DNA from: a virus
Lineage: Duplodnaviria > Caudoviricetes
Reading direction: 5' to 3' (one strand)
IMG/VR virus record: IMGVR_UViG_3300008110_000054
Coordinates: 1 to 59,742 of that record
DNA length: 59,742 bases
Made by a program: the position numbers and the translations under genes. The notes under the pieces are model-generated. The model did not search any database and was not told the origin of the DNA. It worked only from the letters and a program-made list of their open reading frames with translations. Positions 26,157-36,527 of the stretch are shown piece after piece; the stretch's first letter is position 1; each line of letters starts with the position of its first letter.

Positions 26157-28816
26157 GCTATGACAGGATAGTTGCCATCAGCGGTTACAGCCTCTGGCAG
26201 TTCAGCCAGCGATGCCTGTTCATAATCTGGGCCTGCTGGTATCGGCCCCAGACCATTATTACCTTTAACATACAGACTGGTGTTAATTTTTCTATAGCTC
26301 TGCCCAGTCCAAGCGTCTTCTCCTGGAAATGGATATGTTTTGTTTTCGTTTGCTTGTACTGGTTTTTCAACCCAAACGTTAGTGGACTGATTGTTCATCC
26401 TAGCCCGTTGAGCCCAACGGCTTTCATAAAGCATAAAGTCAGATACTCTGCTTTGCGCAGTGCTTCTGAACGAAAATCCCATAGTTTTAATTACAGTGTC
26501 GTTTCCTACACGCTGTTTAGCGTACAGATAGTCAGTGAATACGCTTTTATATACTTTTGTACCTTCCTTGCTTGTTTCTTTGTTTTTCTCTTTGATGTCT
26601 TCATACACCTTCCCGATAATTTTTTTACCTTCTTCGTTTATGTTTGGCACCAACCCTTCAGAAAATTCAGCAATTATATTACCATTCGCTATAATCACAT
26701 CCCTGTTAAAAACGGATCCACCGCCAAATACTGAGTAGTCAGAACTCAAAGAAACAAACCGACCAGAAATTATTGTTTGTGCTTTTGTAAATACGTTAGA
26801 AGCCGTTACATCACCTGGCTGTCCGAAATAGGTTACAGTTGAATTAGTAACGTAATTCATCAGCTCTCTTGAGCTGGTGGTTATGGTGCCTTTGCCTTTT
26901 GCTGCGTCTAGAACTATTGAGCCGTAGTCCGAGCCTGCACCTGAGCGCAAATACAAGTCGCTACCCATGCAAGAAACCATGGATGACGATTTTATGATTA
27001 CTCCGTTAGATATTACTTCAGATCCTGTCTTGCTGTAGTCTTGGTCTGGCTGTCGGCTCTTGCTTTCTAGAAGCAAAGCTCCAGTTCCAGAATTGCCAGC
27101 CAGTATTTGAGCATGCCTTTCTGCTTTGATCCTCACATCTTCATTAGTCGCGGATATTTCTACGTTACCGTTGGCTTTCAGTATGGCATCTCTACCAGCC
27201 AGGCTAATGAGGCTTCTGCCTGGACGCAGCACTACGTCTCCTGGGCAGCTTATTTCTATGCTGCCGCCTCCCATTCTTATTTCTTCGCCAGCAGGCCCAG
27301 ATATTACGACAGTCCCGTCTCGAAGAATACCTACCATGCTCAAAGTATGGTGGTAGTTAGCTTGCTCTCTGTGATCTACGGTTAAAGGTGTAGCCTGAGG
27401 CTTTGTTAGGTATTGGGAAGAAGAAAGTTCGTTGTATCCCTGTGGTAATTCTTTCAAAGAACCAGGAAGAGTGGTCCAGTCTCTTGTGTGATAGTGGAAA
27501 GGATGCTCAGACCGCCACCTAACGCCGTAAGCAAGCTCATCGTCGGCTACAGAGGCCATGTGAGGGCCGACCAGCGTGGTAGCACCTGCTGGTCCTTCTT
27601 TTATTTTTTGATTTGATTCTGAAGAGCCAGCTGTGTAACCAGCTGGCGAATACCCGTCTTCTCTGTTGTCGCCTGTTTTGTCTTCTGGAAGTCGTATCTG
27701 TACAGGGCTTACAAACGGAGGCACGTGCGCGAATAGCAGTCCCTGAGCAGATACCATGTGGTAATTGCCGTCCATAGCCAAATGTTCTTCCCACACAGTT
27801 AGTGGGTTAGCTGGATTTGGCAAAGAGTAGGCAGTACCTGTAGTTATTTGTGGAGGTATTACAAGCTGCTGTTTAAAGCCTTGACCCAAGAATCCGTCAA
27901 ATCTTTTAAGTCTATGAAACGGTATCTGTCCCTGGACCAGCAGATCAGTAGTAGCAAACTCAGACTGAGTCAGCTGTACTATGGTCGAGTCTCTGTTTAG
28001 GGACAGTTTTCCTGGAGTGAGTCCTCCAAGAGACTCCCACAGATAAGGGCTATACCCTGTTATTACAGACAACTCGTCTTCATCGTCTAAAGAGTATAAA
28101 TCCATAGCTGCAGATCTGATCTGCAAATTATGGCCGTGCATTCTTACAAGCTGGTCATGCCAGAAAGCCCAAAACCCAGCGTTTTCATCTGCACGCATGA
28201 AGGCCATGAAAGGATCGGAAAAGAATCCGACGCCCGTCTCGGCCATCTTGCCCCATTCGCCTATAGCAGTTTCATCTATAGGCGATCCGCGAGAAAACCT
28301 AAGCAGCTGAGGCAAACGTTGAGAATAGTGTTTAAGAAAACCGTCAACGCCTAAAGTGTTAACGGCGGCTTGGCTTATGTAGTCGTGTACGTCTTTTTCT
28401 ATTCCTAAGGAATAACCATTAAAAGAACCCAGAATTACGCCAGAACTGCTTGAAGTGTTTAGTATGGCGTACACTCTGGTGCCTGGAGCCATTGCGCCTA
28501 TGGTGCGCACACCAACTATGGCAGCAGAGGTTTCTGCAAGAAGCTCGCAGGCCACATAGCCAGAATCGTCTATTTGAACGTTGTACCAGCCGTAAACCGA
28601 CAGGCTGTCTATTACGGTTCCAGTTACAAGTCTTAAATTGCTATTTGTAGTCTGTAGATTAGACGACAACGTCCCGAAGCTGTCGCTCTTCGGGACGTTG
28701 TAATCTGTGTACCCTACTGAAGCTACTTTAGTTTCTAGATGTCTGATTCTTTCCTGCATCGACTGCAGATAAGCTACCAGATTGAAACTAGTACCCCCAG
28801 TTTTTGCTACTGCCAT
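26153..28816 (-). CDS. Baseplate central spike (gp5/VgrG-like)
   Basis: N-terminal OB-fold-like segment (VTGTVID...PGTRVY...GVILG) and beta-helix-like strands (GTVVISG..GEEIRM.GGSIEISCPGDVVL...NVEISA...VRIKAE). Confidence 0.7.
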   Translation of the reverse strand: MAVAKTGGTSFNLVAYLQSMQERIRHLETKVASVGYTDYNVPKSDSFGTLSSNLQTTNSNLRLVTGTVIDSLSVYGWYNVQIDDSGYVACELLAETSAAIVGVRTIGAMAPGTRVYAILNTSSSSGVILGSFNGYSLGIEKDVHDYISQAAVNTLGVDGFLKHYSQRLPQLLRFSRGSPIDETAIGEWGKMAETGVGFFSDPFMAFMRADENAGFWAFWHDQLVRMHGHNLQIRSAAMDLYSLDDEDELSVITGYSPYLWESLGGLTPGKLSLNRDSTIVQLTQSEFATTDLLVQGQIPFHRLKRFDGFLGQGFKQQLVIPPQITTGTAYSLPNPANPLTVWEEHLAMDGNYHMVSAQGLLFAHVPPFVSPVQIRLPEDKTGDNREDGYSPAGYTAGSSESNQKIKEGPAGATTLVGPHMASVADDELAYGVRWRSEHPFHYHTRDWTTLPGSLKELPQGYNELSSSQYLTKPQATPLTVDHREQANYHHTLSMVGILRDGTVVISGPAGEEIRMGGGSIEISCPGDVVLRPGRSLISLAGRDAILKANGNVEISATNEDVRIKAERHAQILAGNSGTGALLLESKSRQPDQDYSKTGSEVISNGVIIKSSSMVSCMGSDLYLRSGAGSDYGSIVLDAAKGKGTITTSSRELMNYVTNSTVTYFGQPGDVTASNVFTKAQTIISGRFVSLSSDYSVFGGGSVFNRDVIIANGNIIAEFSEGLVPNINEEGKKIIGKVYEDIKEKNKETSKEGTKVYKSVFTDYLYAKQRVGNDTVIKTMGFSFRSTAQSRVSDFMLYESRWAQRARMNNQSTNVWVEKPVQANENKTYPFPGEDAWTGQSYRKINTSLYVKGNNGLGPIPAGPDYEQASLAELPEAVTADGNYPVIA

Positions 28817-28831
28817 CACACCCTCATCGGG

Positions 28832-29320
28832 TTAGTTCGACCTCGACACCTGACCGCACATGCACTGAACATTCTCGTTGATGAGCATGTCCTGAGCTGC
28901 AACGGAGTAGCCTACAGAAGTTGCCACTACGGCGTCAGCGATAATTTCAATATTAGCGCCAACAGCCCCACCAGCGTCCTTCCAGTTACAGGCCGAAGAG
29001 CCCATAGTGAACTTGAGGCGGTGAGAAGCTGCGTCACCTTGGCACACGTTACCAAGACGCTGCAGCAGCTCCAAGGCCACAACCTTAGGACCAACGATTC
29101 TACCGAAGCCGATAGAGCCGTTGGTGCGGCCAACCACATAGTACCTGTTGGAGCTACCAACTTCAAATACCTGGTTGACCTGCTGGTTATAGTTCACAGT
29201 CAGGTTCTGGACTAGAGAACCTGCTGCGTTTCCTCCCATGTCCCCAAGCTGGAGCTTGGACCTGTCTGCCGCGAAAGCGCCAGCAAAGGGAGAATCTTCG
29301 CGACCAAATACATCAGCCAT
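28832..29320 (-). CDS. Tail tube protein
   Basis: 162 aa directly after the sheath; LVQNLTVNYNQQVNQVFEVGS...Y.V.GR..GSI...RIVGP. Confidence 0.82.
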   Translation of the reverse strand: MADVFGREDSPFAGAFAADRSKLQLGDMGGNAAGSLVQNLTVNYNQQVNQVFEVGSSNRYYVVGRTNGSIGFGRIVGPKVVALELLQRLGNVCQGDAASHRLKFTMGSSACNWKDAGGAVGANIEIIADAVVATSVGYSVAAQDMLINENVQCMCGQVSRSN

Positions 29321-29341
29321 CGATATAACCTCCTCAGGTTA

Positions 29342-32104
29342 TCAGATCACAAGCTTAAGCTCGATGTTGTTGAGAGGATAGGGGATAGACAAGTCAGCTT
29401 CGATCACAACGCGATCCTTGTACAGAGCGTGCTGACGGATCTGGATTACAGTACCGTCGATTAGCTGAGGACCAGTTCGGGTTGTGCCGTTTGACTTGAG
29501 GACCAAAGTCACTGTTTCAAACAGGGACTTCAGGATTATGAGCATATCGTCGGTCACGTTGGAACGACCGATGTATGGCTCGTATACGTTCTTGTACTGG
29601 TAGGAGATGGAGTCCACGTTAACGCGGACCATTTCCTCACGGCTGTTAAGGTCGGTTGGATCGCTGGTTACAGCGTGACGGTTGAAGATGTTACCGTCAA
29701 CATCCTTGTGGATGATCCAGCCGCCAGACTCAGCGATTTGGTTTAGCTGGCTGCCGTTAAGACCGCTGATCAAAGCGCCAGTGTCGTCTATACCAGACAA
29801 GGTGACGTGGGTCAGACCTTGCTGAGGAAGGACACCAGAACGAAGACCAGCAACAGCGGCTGCTGCGAAGTAGCCTGGGAACACTGCGCCGTCCAGACCA
29901 ACGGTGCTGTTGGCTACTACGACGATACGGCGGTCCTTGTGCTGAGCTACCTGAGCCTTGGCCTCTAGAACCTTGTCAGCACGGTTCAAGGTGCGCCAGA
30001 TTTCCACACGCTGGGCCACGGTGATGGCAGAGGTGTGGCCAGTGGCCAACCTTACTGAACCTTCAGACAGCACTTCGTCAATGACGAACTCGCTGTAGGT
30101 CTCGTTGCCGAAACCGTCAGTGCTGAACAGGAAGCGAGCCTTGTCGCCTGCGCGTACACCGTTGGTGACGAACTTGGCGTTGTTAGCTGGTACGAACAGC
30201 AAGGTGTACTGAGTGCCAGAGGTGGTTGGGTCGTCAGACAGCTTGGCCAGAACAACTCCGTCATCAGAGCTGGTGGCTGGGCTTACTACGGCCTTCTGGT
30301 CAGGTACGTCGATGCTGAACACGCCAGCCTTGTAGTTGCCAACTTCTGGGGAGGACTCTGAAAGAATCAGAGACTTCCAAGCAGCCAACACAGTGCCGTT
30401 GGTGGTCAGAGGTACTAGGTTGTAGATCTGGGTCTGGCCGTCCAGAATTTCCAGAACGTCCAACCAGCTGTCTACGTCGTTAGGATCGGCAACAGCTGAG
30501 AAGTACACAGGCTGGTCGTTGGCGTTGACCAGAGCTTCGTAGACGCCCCAGTATAGGGGGTTGTCTGGGCTGGCCTGACCGAGCAGGGTGCCGATTTCAG
30601 AAATGTTGGCCACGCTCTCAAAGGCGTTGACGTAGTCAGCCAACCAAGCGCGATACTCTACGAAGAGAGTGCCGCCCTTCAGAGGAAGAGGCTGGGGAAC
30701 GCCGCTGTCAGTCCAGCTATCGTCGTACAGAAGGATGCCAGACTGTACGGTGATCTCGGTGTCTGAAGTTGTATAAGCTACGTTTGGAACGTCAGCGTCT
30801 AGATTCTTTTCAATCTGCAAGTTCTTGCGGATTGAAAGTTTCAGGTCGAGATCGGTAGCGGCAGCCAAAGCTTCTGGAAGGTCGTCAGCCAGGATTAGCG
30901 TCTTGACAGCGCCAGTCGAAGCAGCTGTAGCAGTGATGTAGTATTTGTCGCCCTTGCACAGAGCGGTCTGGTTGAGCGAAATGGTTACGCCGTAATTGCC
31001 TACAGGGAAAGCAGTGCTAGCTGCTGAAATCACTGTAGGACCGCTGAGGTCATAACCAGTTGTGGTGGTCACAGTTACTTCAGGGGAAGCAGCGTAAGCG
31101 CCGCCCTTGGTAACTTCCACGATATAAGTGGTTGTGGAAGTACCGCTGTAGGTACCAGCAGCTGTAGCCGTTGGAGCGGTGAAAGCCTGGTTAGCTACAA
31201 CACGCCACTTCTGGCCTACAACCAAGTCATCTGGGCTGATGCCTTCTTCTTCAGCGATAGATGAAGCAGAGGTAGCGGCTCCACCAGTCAGTTCGCTAAA
31301 GGTTACTCTCAGACCCCTTGTACCAATCGAAGTAGCAACGCCTTTTGCTGAAGGCGTAATGCTGGCTTGGTTGTCTCTGCCAGAGGCGCTAGTCACGCGC
31401 AATCTAGCAGTGGTGTGGTTACCACCAACCGAGCTGTTGATAACTTCGATGGTGTAAGTTTCAGTGATGTCGCCAGATTCTCTGCCGTCATAGCTTGAGG
31501 CGTCGGCAGAAGCTCTGATAGCGTTGACCAAACCTAGGCTGGTCACGGTCACTGACAGGGTTTGAGTAGTCTTGTTGGTAGAAGCGCCTGAGGCAGAGCC
31601 GACAGAAGCGGCTACAGTCTCGCCAACAAAACCGCGAACTGAAGTATTGAGAACGTATTCGGTTCCGCTGACAACTCCGCGAACATAAGCGTGGTCGCCA
31701 ATTTGCACATCTCTGTCTAGAAGAGATGCGGAGCGAGCATAGGAGCCGTTGGTCTTGAAGCTGGTACCAGCGTCACGCACGCGGTTCTTGTAGCCAGCTA
31801 CTGGAGCTACTAGAGAACCTACACTGGCGGCGTTGCTGAAGTACTCAAGCAGAGCGTCTTCTGCAAACAGCTTTACGTAGCCGAAGTCAACCTGGGAGCC
31901 GACAGGGCGCTCTGGCCAAGCGTAAGCTTGGTCAGCAACGTCGTCGTATTCGCCTAGGTTGATAATTTGTTTTTCGTCTGAGTTGGCATAGCGGAACAGC
32001 TTGGCGTGACCGCCAGTGATGTGAGCACTACGGGGTGCTGCAGCAGCTGCTGTGGTTACGCTGAACTCTTGGAATACAGTTACTTGAGGAAGAACGTAAG
32101 CCAT
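29342..32104 (-). CDS. Tail sheath protein
   Basis: MAYVLPQVTVFQEF N-terminus; AAAAVAGL, NRHAVT, E..RVNVD, YPLNNIELKLVI C-terminus; 920 aa. Confidence 0.9.
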   Translation of the reverse strand: MAYVLPQVTVFQEFSVTTAAAAAPRSAHITGGHAKLFRYANSDEKQIINLGEYDDVADQAYAWPERPVGSQVDFGYVKLFAEDALLEYFSNAASVGSLVAPVAGYKNRVRDAGTSFKTNGSYARSASLLDRDVQIGDHAYVRGVVSGTEYVLNTSVRGFVGETVAASVGSASGASTNKTTQTLSVTVTSLGLVNAIRASADASSYDGRESGDITETYTIEVINSSVGGNHTTARLRVTSASGRDNQASITPSAKGVATSIGTRGLRVTFSELTGGAATSASSIAEEEGISPDDLVVGQKWRVVANQAFTAPTATAAGTYSGTSTTTYIVEVTKGGAYAASPEVTVTTTTGYDLSGPTVISAASTAFPVGNYGVTISLNQTALCKGDKYYITATAASTGAVKTLILADDLPEALAAATDLDLKLSIRKNLQIEKNLDADVPNVAYTTSDTEITVQSGILLYDDSWTDSGVPQPLPLKGGTLFVEYRAWLADYVNAFESVANISEIGTLLGQASPDNPLYWGVYEALVNANDQPVYFSAVADPNDVDSWLDVLEILDGQTQIYNLVPLTTNGTVLAAWKSLILSESSPEVGNYKAGVFSIDVPDQKAVVSPATSSDDGVVLAKLSDDPTTSGTQYTLLFVPANNAKFVTNGVRAGDKARFLFSTDGFGNETYSEFVIDEVLSEGSVRLATGHTSAITVAQRVEIWRTLNRADKVLEAKAQVAQHKDRRIVVVANSTVGLDGAVFPGYFAAAAVAGLRSGVLPQQGLTHVTLSGIDDTGALISGLNGSQLNQIAESGGWIIHKDVDGNIFNRHAVTSDPTDLNSREEMVRVNVDSISYQYKNVYEPYIGRSNVTDDMLIILKSLFETVTLVLKSNGTTRTGPQLIDGTVIQIRQHALYKDRVVIEADLSIPYPLNNIELKLVI

Positions 32105-32148
32105 GATGCCCTCCGTAGTGTCTTATGACACACTTGCTAGCTTTTAGT

Positions 32149-32778
32149 TTAAGGCATGAACTTCGACAACACAATACGCTTTAACACAGGTGCTTGAGGT
32201 ACCAATGTCCAATTCTCGTCTGCAACGTAGGACACAGTTACTGGAACACCGTATGTTTCTTTCCATTCTTCTAGTTCAAACAAGGAGCCTACAGAAACCA
32301 GAGAAAAGCGCTTTAAGTCCAGCTCGTCTCTGATAATTGGTCCAAACTGCATCATCTCCCTGTATACTTCTGCTGCTAGAATCTCCGCTTCTGTACCTTT
32401 TCCAGCTAAGCAGAAAAATGTATGGCTACCTGCTACTAGGATCGAATGTTCCCTGTTAGCAGAAGTGGGCAAACCCCCGTGAAGTCTGTCGTCTATGCTT
32501 ATTCGCTGAGGCTGCCAATCATTTCTTTTAATTATGATTGCTAGCTTTTTTTGCGTCAAGTCAGGACGCCACTGTGTTATAGATTCAATAACTATATCAG
32601 TTGATGCTACTGCTCTCCACAATTTTCCTCTAAGTTCTTTAGCTTCAATGTTATCGGCGTTAGCAAAATGATTGATAAACCATTCCCTGAAGAATCCTGT
32701 CATCAGATGCGGTTTTGGGGCTATTGAGCACCAATTACTGTATTTTCCAGGGTCACTTACTTGAGGCTGGTCGCTCAT
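32149..32778 (-). CDS. Tail terminator/completion protein
   Basis: Size and position immediately upstream of the sheath; AIIIKR, EAEILA.EV. Confidence 0.6.
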   Translation of the reverse strand: MSDQPQVSDPGKYSNWCSIAPKPHLMTGFFREWFINHFANADNIEAKELRGKLWRAVASTDIVIESITQWRPDLTQKKLAIIIKRNDWQPQRISIDDRLHGGLPTSANREHSILVAGSHTFFCLAGKGTEAEILAAEVYREMMQFGPIIRDELDLKRFSLVSVGSLFELEEWKETYGVPVTVSYVADENWTLVPQAPVLKRIVLSKFMP

Positions 32779-32914
32779 TATACTTCTCCAAGCCCCATGA
32801 TTTGACTATTTGCTCTTTAAGATCGTCACTAGGCTCCCAGTTTCTAATACTGGTGGTTGGCAGCAGCTTTTTGTTTTTTGTCTTATCGTTAAGACTGGGA
32901 TCTGGTTTTTCCAT
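32753..32914 (-). CDS. Small hypothetical protein (53 aa, below the ORF-track cutoff)
   Basis: TAATG stop/start coupling with 32914-33720; MEKPDPSLNDKTKNKKLLPTTSIRNWEPSDDLKEQIVKSWGLEKYNERPASSK. Confidence 0.45.
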   Translation of the reverse strand: MEKPDPSLNDKTKNKKLLPTTSIRNWEPSDDLKEQIVKSWGLEKYNERPASSK

Positions 32915-33720
32915 TACACTCCACCCATTGGAATGTTGTAAACCACGTCTGAAAAATTTGCTTGTCTAGCAGAAACGTTGGTGACTACTGGGTAGCCTCT
33001 CATCTCTGCAGCTGAAATTATCTCATGGATAATAAACCGTCTATCACTGCCAGAGTCCACAAACACATCATAACTGTCAGGCACAGGATCTCCAAGCATT
33101 CTACAGTTGCCAAATATGACGTCTTTTTTAGTTCCAACTGCTTGAACGTTGTCCATCTCTTCTCTGTGCTGGTGCAGAGCTAGCTCCATATTTGCTGGTA
33201 TAGCTGCAAAATACCCTTGAATAATTCCAGTTCCTTTACAAACGGTGCAATCGCTGTTTGTTACTTCGTCTGTTAAGTAATCTGTACAAGCGGTACAGCG
33301 AGTACCGTATCTTTTTCTTTTGAGCAAAAAGCCTTTAAGTGAAGTGTACTTTGAATGCCTAAGTTTTTCTTTTCTTAGGACATCTCTAGCCAGTCTCCAG
33401 TCTCTAAATTGAAGATTCTTTACAGCTGAAACTATTTCTGAGTAGTAGGTCCTCAAAGCTGTTTGTAGCTTTACTCTGTAGTAAAAATCCTGGCTTTGAG
33501 CGTATATTCTTTTTTCGTCGTCTTCGGCAAAGTAGACATTTTGTACAGGCAGACCTATATTCGCAAATTCCGTAGTAGGAACCGACGAAGCAGCGCCTTG
33601 TAGCGTAAATACGTGCGGACCTGGATCTGTAAATAGTCTAGAAATTACCCACTCTACTCTACTGCCTCCTGAGACAGAGTATTTGACGAAAGCCCTTTCA
33701 AAAGGGTTAATCATCGCCAA
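32914..33720 (-). CDS. Neck/head-closure protein with Zn-ribbon
   Basis: RCTAC...CTVCKGTG motif, FN3-like N-terminus (YYRVK), position between adaptor and terminator. Confidence 0.6.
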   Translation of the reverse strand: MAMINPFERAFVKYSVSGGSRVEWVISRLFTDPGPHVFTLQGAASSVPTTEFANIGLPVQNVYFAEDDEKRIYAQSQDFYYRVKLQTALRTYYSEIVSAVKNLQFRDWRLARDVLRKEKLRHSKYTSLKGFLLKRKRYGTRCTACTDYLTDEVTNSDCTVCKGTGIIQGYFAAIPANMELALHQHREEMDNVQAVGTKKDVIFGNCRMLGDPVPDSYDVFVDSGSDRRFIIHEIISAAEMRGYPVVTNVSARQANFSDVVYNIPMGGV

Positions 33721-34640
33721 CGACCTCCGTACTCGTAGCCAGACCCGAATGTACCATTCCAGTTTTGAGCGTTAAACTGGGCTTTCTTATTTTTAACCCA
33801 TTGGTTGAATTCACCAACCATCATAGCGCCAAGTTGCTCATACTCGCTGGCTTTGTTTTTATCGTCTACTTGGATACCGCCTGCGCTATACGGCAGATGG
33901 TTACGACGATAGTGTTTTGCAGCTATCTGATACAAGTAACCCATTACGCCGTTTAGCAGAATAACTGGGTTGGGAAAGTTAGAAGTATCAAATTTCTGAG
34001 GAATAGGAGGTTGAGCTGAATTAAAGTGCTCAACGCAGCGCAGCGTACACTCAACTATTTCTGTGAGGTCAAATTCAAGTTCTGATAGCAAGTAGTTATC
34101 TTCTGGCGCACTGTCTCTTAAAAACACTCTTACATCGTTGGGGCTAGGCACGCCTACGTTGCGGTTCTCTAAGCCAAACTCGCCCCTGTCTACGAATAGG
34201 TAAAAAGGATAGGTAAATAGTATAGCGCCGTCTATGTCACGAAAGGCCCACTGCCCTCTGTAGATACCGTTTAGAGCTGTGACCTCAGGTTGTAGTCTGC
34301 AGCGTATAGTTCCAGAAGGCGCATCCCAGATTACGGCGTCTAGATCGTACGGCAGTTTGCTGTCAGATATATTTACAGCCTCTCTAAGCCTTCCAATAAT
34401 TGAAGGCTCAAGGGTTCCAGAGCTTGAGCTGTTTGCTGAGCTACTGCTGGCTAGACTGCAATTACTTAAGTTTATAGGCCTGCCTTCTGAATCTCTTAAC
34501 ACCATTTCCATCACAGGACTTACGTTACGAACTGTGTAAACTGACGGAATCTTTGCCAAGATCGGATTATTCTCGACCTTGGTTATTCTTGGTCTAATTA
34601 TTACTTGTTCTGAACAATCTACACTTGATGGGTCAGGCAT
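33711..34640 (-). CDS. Head-tail adaptor/neck protein
   Basis: VRVFLRD..PEDNYLL...EF, RNHLPYSAGGIQVDDKNK; first gene after the capsid block. Confidence 0.65.
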   Translation of the reverse strand: MPDPSSVDCSEQVIIRPRITKVENNPILAKIPSVYTVRNVSPVMEMVLRDSEGRPINLSNCSLASSSSANSSSSGTLEPSIIGRLREAVNISDSKLPYDLDAVIWDAPSGTIRCRLQPEVTALNGIYRGQWAFRDIDGAILFTYPFYLFVDRGEFGLENRNVGVPSPNDVRVFLRDSAPEDNYLLSELEFDLTEIVECTLRCVEHFNSAQPPIPQKFDTSNFPNPVILLNGVMGYLYQIAAKHYRRNHLPYSAGGIQVDDKNKASEYEQLGAMMVGEFNQWVKNKKAQFNAQNWNGTFGSGYEYGGRWR

Positions 34641-34667
34641 AGCTAATCCTCTGTAGAAGTTTGGTTC

Positions 34668-34694
34668 ATCTTATCACAGCTACAGAGCTGTCTG
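34668..34694 (-). promoter_or_regulatory. Candidate promoter CAGACA-N15-TAAGAT (TG-extended)
   Basis: In the intergenic gap just after the terminator, upstream of the neck/tail operon. Confidence 0.4.
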
Positions 34695-34720
34695 GTAGTT
34701 TAAATTAAAAGCCTTAACGT

Positions 34721-34757
34721 GCAAAAACCCACCCTCTAATTTGAGGGTGGGTTTTGC
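34721..34757 (-). terminator. Intrinsic terminator ending the capsid block (possibly bidirectional)
   Basis: AAAACCCACCCTC-loop-GAGGGTGGGTTTT inverted repeat with T-tracts on both strands. Confidence 0.85.
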
Positions 34758-34774
34758 TTCCCAAGGCTGTCTTA

Positions 34775-35125
34775 TTAGACGGTGTGGGGATCAGTGATAG
34801 AGCTGGAGTAGTCACCCCAGCAAGGATCGACATCGTTGACCACGCTGTTTTGCACAGCGAGAATCTTCGTGACATCCAGAGTAGTGTCGTAATAGTGCGG
34901 AGTTGGGGTCTGCACAATTACAAGCTTGCCGTTGTTGACAGCGTTCTGGAGCGCAGTACGATGACGCTTCTTGGTGATGGAAGAGTAAAGAGTGTCAACG
35001 CCACCGAAGTAGCTATACTCTTCACCTGACGCTAGGCGCTTGCCGTGAGGAGGTAGAAAGCCAAAAAAGGCTTCCTTTCCGCTCATGTTACGCACCTTCG
35101 TCTGAAGGCAGGTAATTTCAGCCAT
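34775..35125 (-). CDS. Small capsid-associated protein
   Basis: GGAGG RBS, C/G-ending codon style like the capsid gene, within the capsid block. Confidence 0.6.
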   Translation of the reverse strand: MAEITCLQTKVRNMSGKEAFFGFLPPHGKRLASGEEYSYFGGVDTLYSSITKKRHRTALQNAVNNGKLVIVQTPTPHYYDTTLDVTKILAVQNSVVNDVDPCWGDYSSSITDPHTV

Positions 35126-35136
35126 GTTAACCTCCG

Positions 35137-35523
35137 TTAGTTAGCCACATGCTGGGCTAGAGCATTGTGGTAAACAGCAAGTGCTGCTTGGACAGATGGA
35201 TTAGCTGCAAGGTTCTCAGAAGCAGCCTTTACCAGGGCCTCTTCCTGTGCAACTTGTGGATTGCCGAAACCCATGGAACCCATGGCGTTTTCCAAGCTGG
35301 ACGAAGCAGCGCCGATCAAAGATCCGCGAGCCTGGGCCTGCTTGATTTGCTCTTGTTCCTTGGCAGCTTCCAAGTGACTTGCGATCTTGAGAAGTTCTGC
35401 AACTTCCCCTTCGTTCTGGGGAACGATACCGAAGTCGTTTGCCAGCTTTTCGAGGAACACAGGCACGTAAACGTTCTGCATCAGAAAGCCGTGTGCCTGC
35501 TCTGGTGTGATCTGCTCTGACAT
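35137..35523 (-). CDS. Head-associated helical protein with KxA motifs
   Basis: AAGGAG RBS; EKLA, KIAS, KQA, KAAS. Confidence 0.6.
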   Translation of the reverse strand: MSEQITPEQAHGFLMQNVYVPVFLEKLANDFGIVPQNEGEVAELLKIASHLEAAKEQEQIKQAQARGSLIGAASSSLENAMGSMGFGNPQVAQEEALVKAASENLAANPSVQAALAVYHNALAQHVAN

Positions 35524-35548
35524 TTAGATACTCCTTGTTAAGTAGGAC

Positions 35549-35578
35549 CAAGGTAGCCGTGTTGCCACGGCTACCTTG
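35549..35578 (-). other. Perfect 13-bp RNA hairpin with GCAA tetraloop after the capsid gene stop
   Basis: Minus strand CAAGGTAGCCGTG-GCAA-CACGGCTACCTTG, with no U-tract following. Confidence 0.8.
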
Positions 35579-35588
35579 AAGTACCTTA

Positions 35589-36527
35589 TCATGCAAAGTC
35601 TGCACGGGCCAGAGAGTTGGTGTTGCCGATGGCTCCACCGAGGGTCTCATAGGCAAAGAACTCCAACATGTAAGCCTTGCGCTCGATGTACATGGTGGTG
35701 TCTTCGAGCAAGTAGCTCTTGCCCATGAACTTGGGATCAGCAAACAGGTACATCGAGTCGCTGGGGACCAGATCCTGCTTGATGGTGACGATCCAGTTGG
35801 CGTTCATGAAGTTCTGCTCGGACCAGCCATTCTTGAAGAGGTCCTGGCTGAAGTCGCCACCCATTTCTTCACGACCAAACTTCATGATCTCGCGGATCGT
35901 GAGGTTGTTCAGAAGAACGGTACCAGTCTCTAGACGAGAGATGGTGCGGGGCAGAATCTTGAAAGCGTCCTGGAGGGTATCACGGGTGATACCGCCGTAC
36001 AGGGTTTCCCACTGAACGGTGCCAGAGTTGGGGTTAACGGTGTCGGCAGAGCCGCCGAGGCCAGCGTTAACAGCAGCCAAGAACTTGCGGTCTTCTTCAG
36101 CCAGCATGTCCTTGATTGAGTTGTCGCTTAGAACCTGACGGATGTCGATGTAATAAGTACGCAGTTCGTCAACGTCCTTCGTGAAACGAGGGGTGACGAT
36201 ACGGTCGAAGCTAACGCGGTAGCGCTGGCCACGAATGTACAGGCTCATCGGCAAGGTAGCGAAGGGAATGCTGACAGCGGCAGGGGAGTCTGGCTCGCGG
36301 TCAACAATCTTCACTGGCTTGTCGGTATCAACCTGACGATCAAGATCGTCATTGCTGATCTGGACAGGGGGTAGAATGCGGCGATAGAAGCCTTCTTCAC
36401 GCATTCTGTAACGGGTGAAGTCATTCACTGCGTCAAGCGCACGCTTCTCCATGCCTGGGGTCTCCAGGTAGGAGATAAAGGTCTCGTTGCGTAGCTTGAC
36501 ATCGTCATTAACGGATGCCATGTTCAA
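35589..36527 (-). CDS. Major capsid protein (compact HK97-fold); start may be 36521
   Basis: Follows protease, scaffold and decoration genes; strong codon bias; IKDMLAEEDRKFL spine helix and C-terminal FFAYETLGGAIGN...ARADF. Confidence 0.82.
   Translation of the reverse strand: MNMASVNDDVKLRNETFISYLETPGMEKRALDAVNDFTRYRMREEGFYRRILPPVQISNDDLDRQVDTDKPVKIVDREPDSPAAVSIPFATLPMSLYIRGQRYRVSFDRIVTPRFTKDVDELRTYYIDIRQVLSDNSIKDMLAEEDRKFLAAVNAGLGGSADTVNPNSGTVQWETLYGGITRDTLQDAFKILPRTISRLETGTVLLNNLTIREIMKFGREEMGGDFSQDLFKNGWSEQNFMNANWIVTIKQDLVPSDSMYLFADPKFMGKSYLLEDTTMYIERKAYMLEFFAYETLGGAIGNTNSLARADFA

Noticed and set aside
14339-32778. Extracellular contractile injection system/tailocin rather than phage
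   Set aside because: Capsid, decoration, scaffold, protease and neck genes are contiguous with the tail genes.
35216-35743. 175-aa alternative minus-strand ORF overlapping the MCP end
   Set aside because: Overlaps two well-supported genes in another frame and runs through the hairpin; no RBS or motif.
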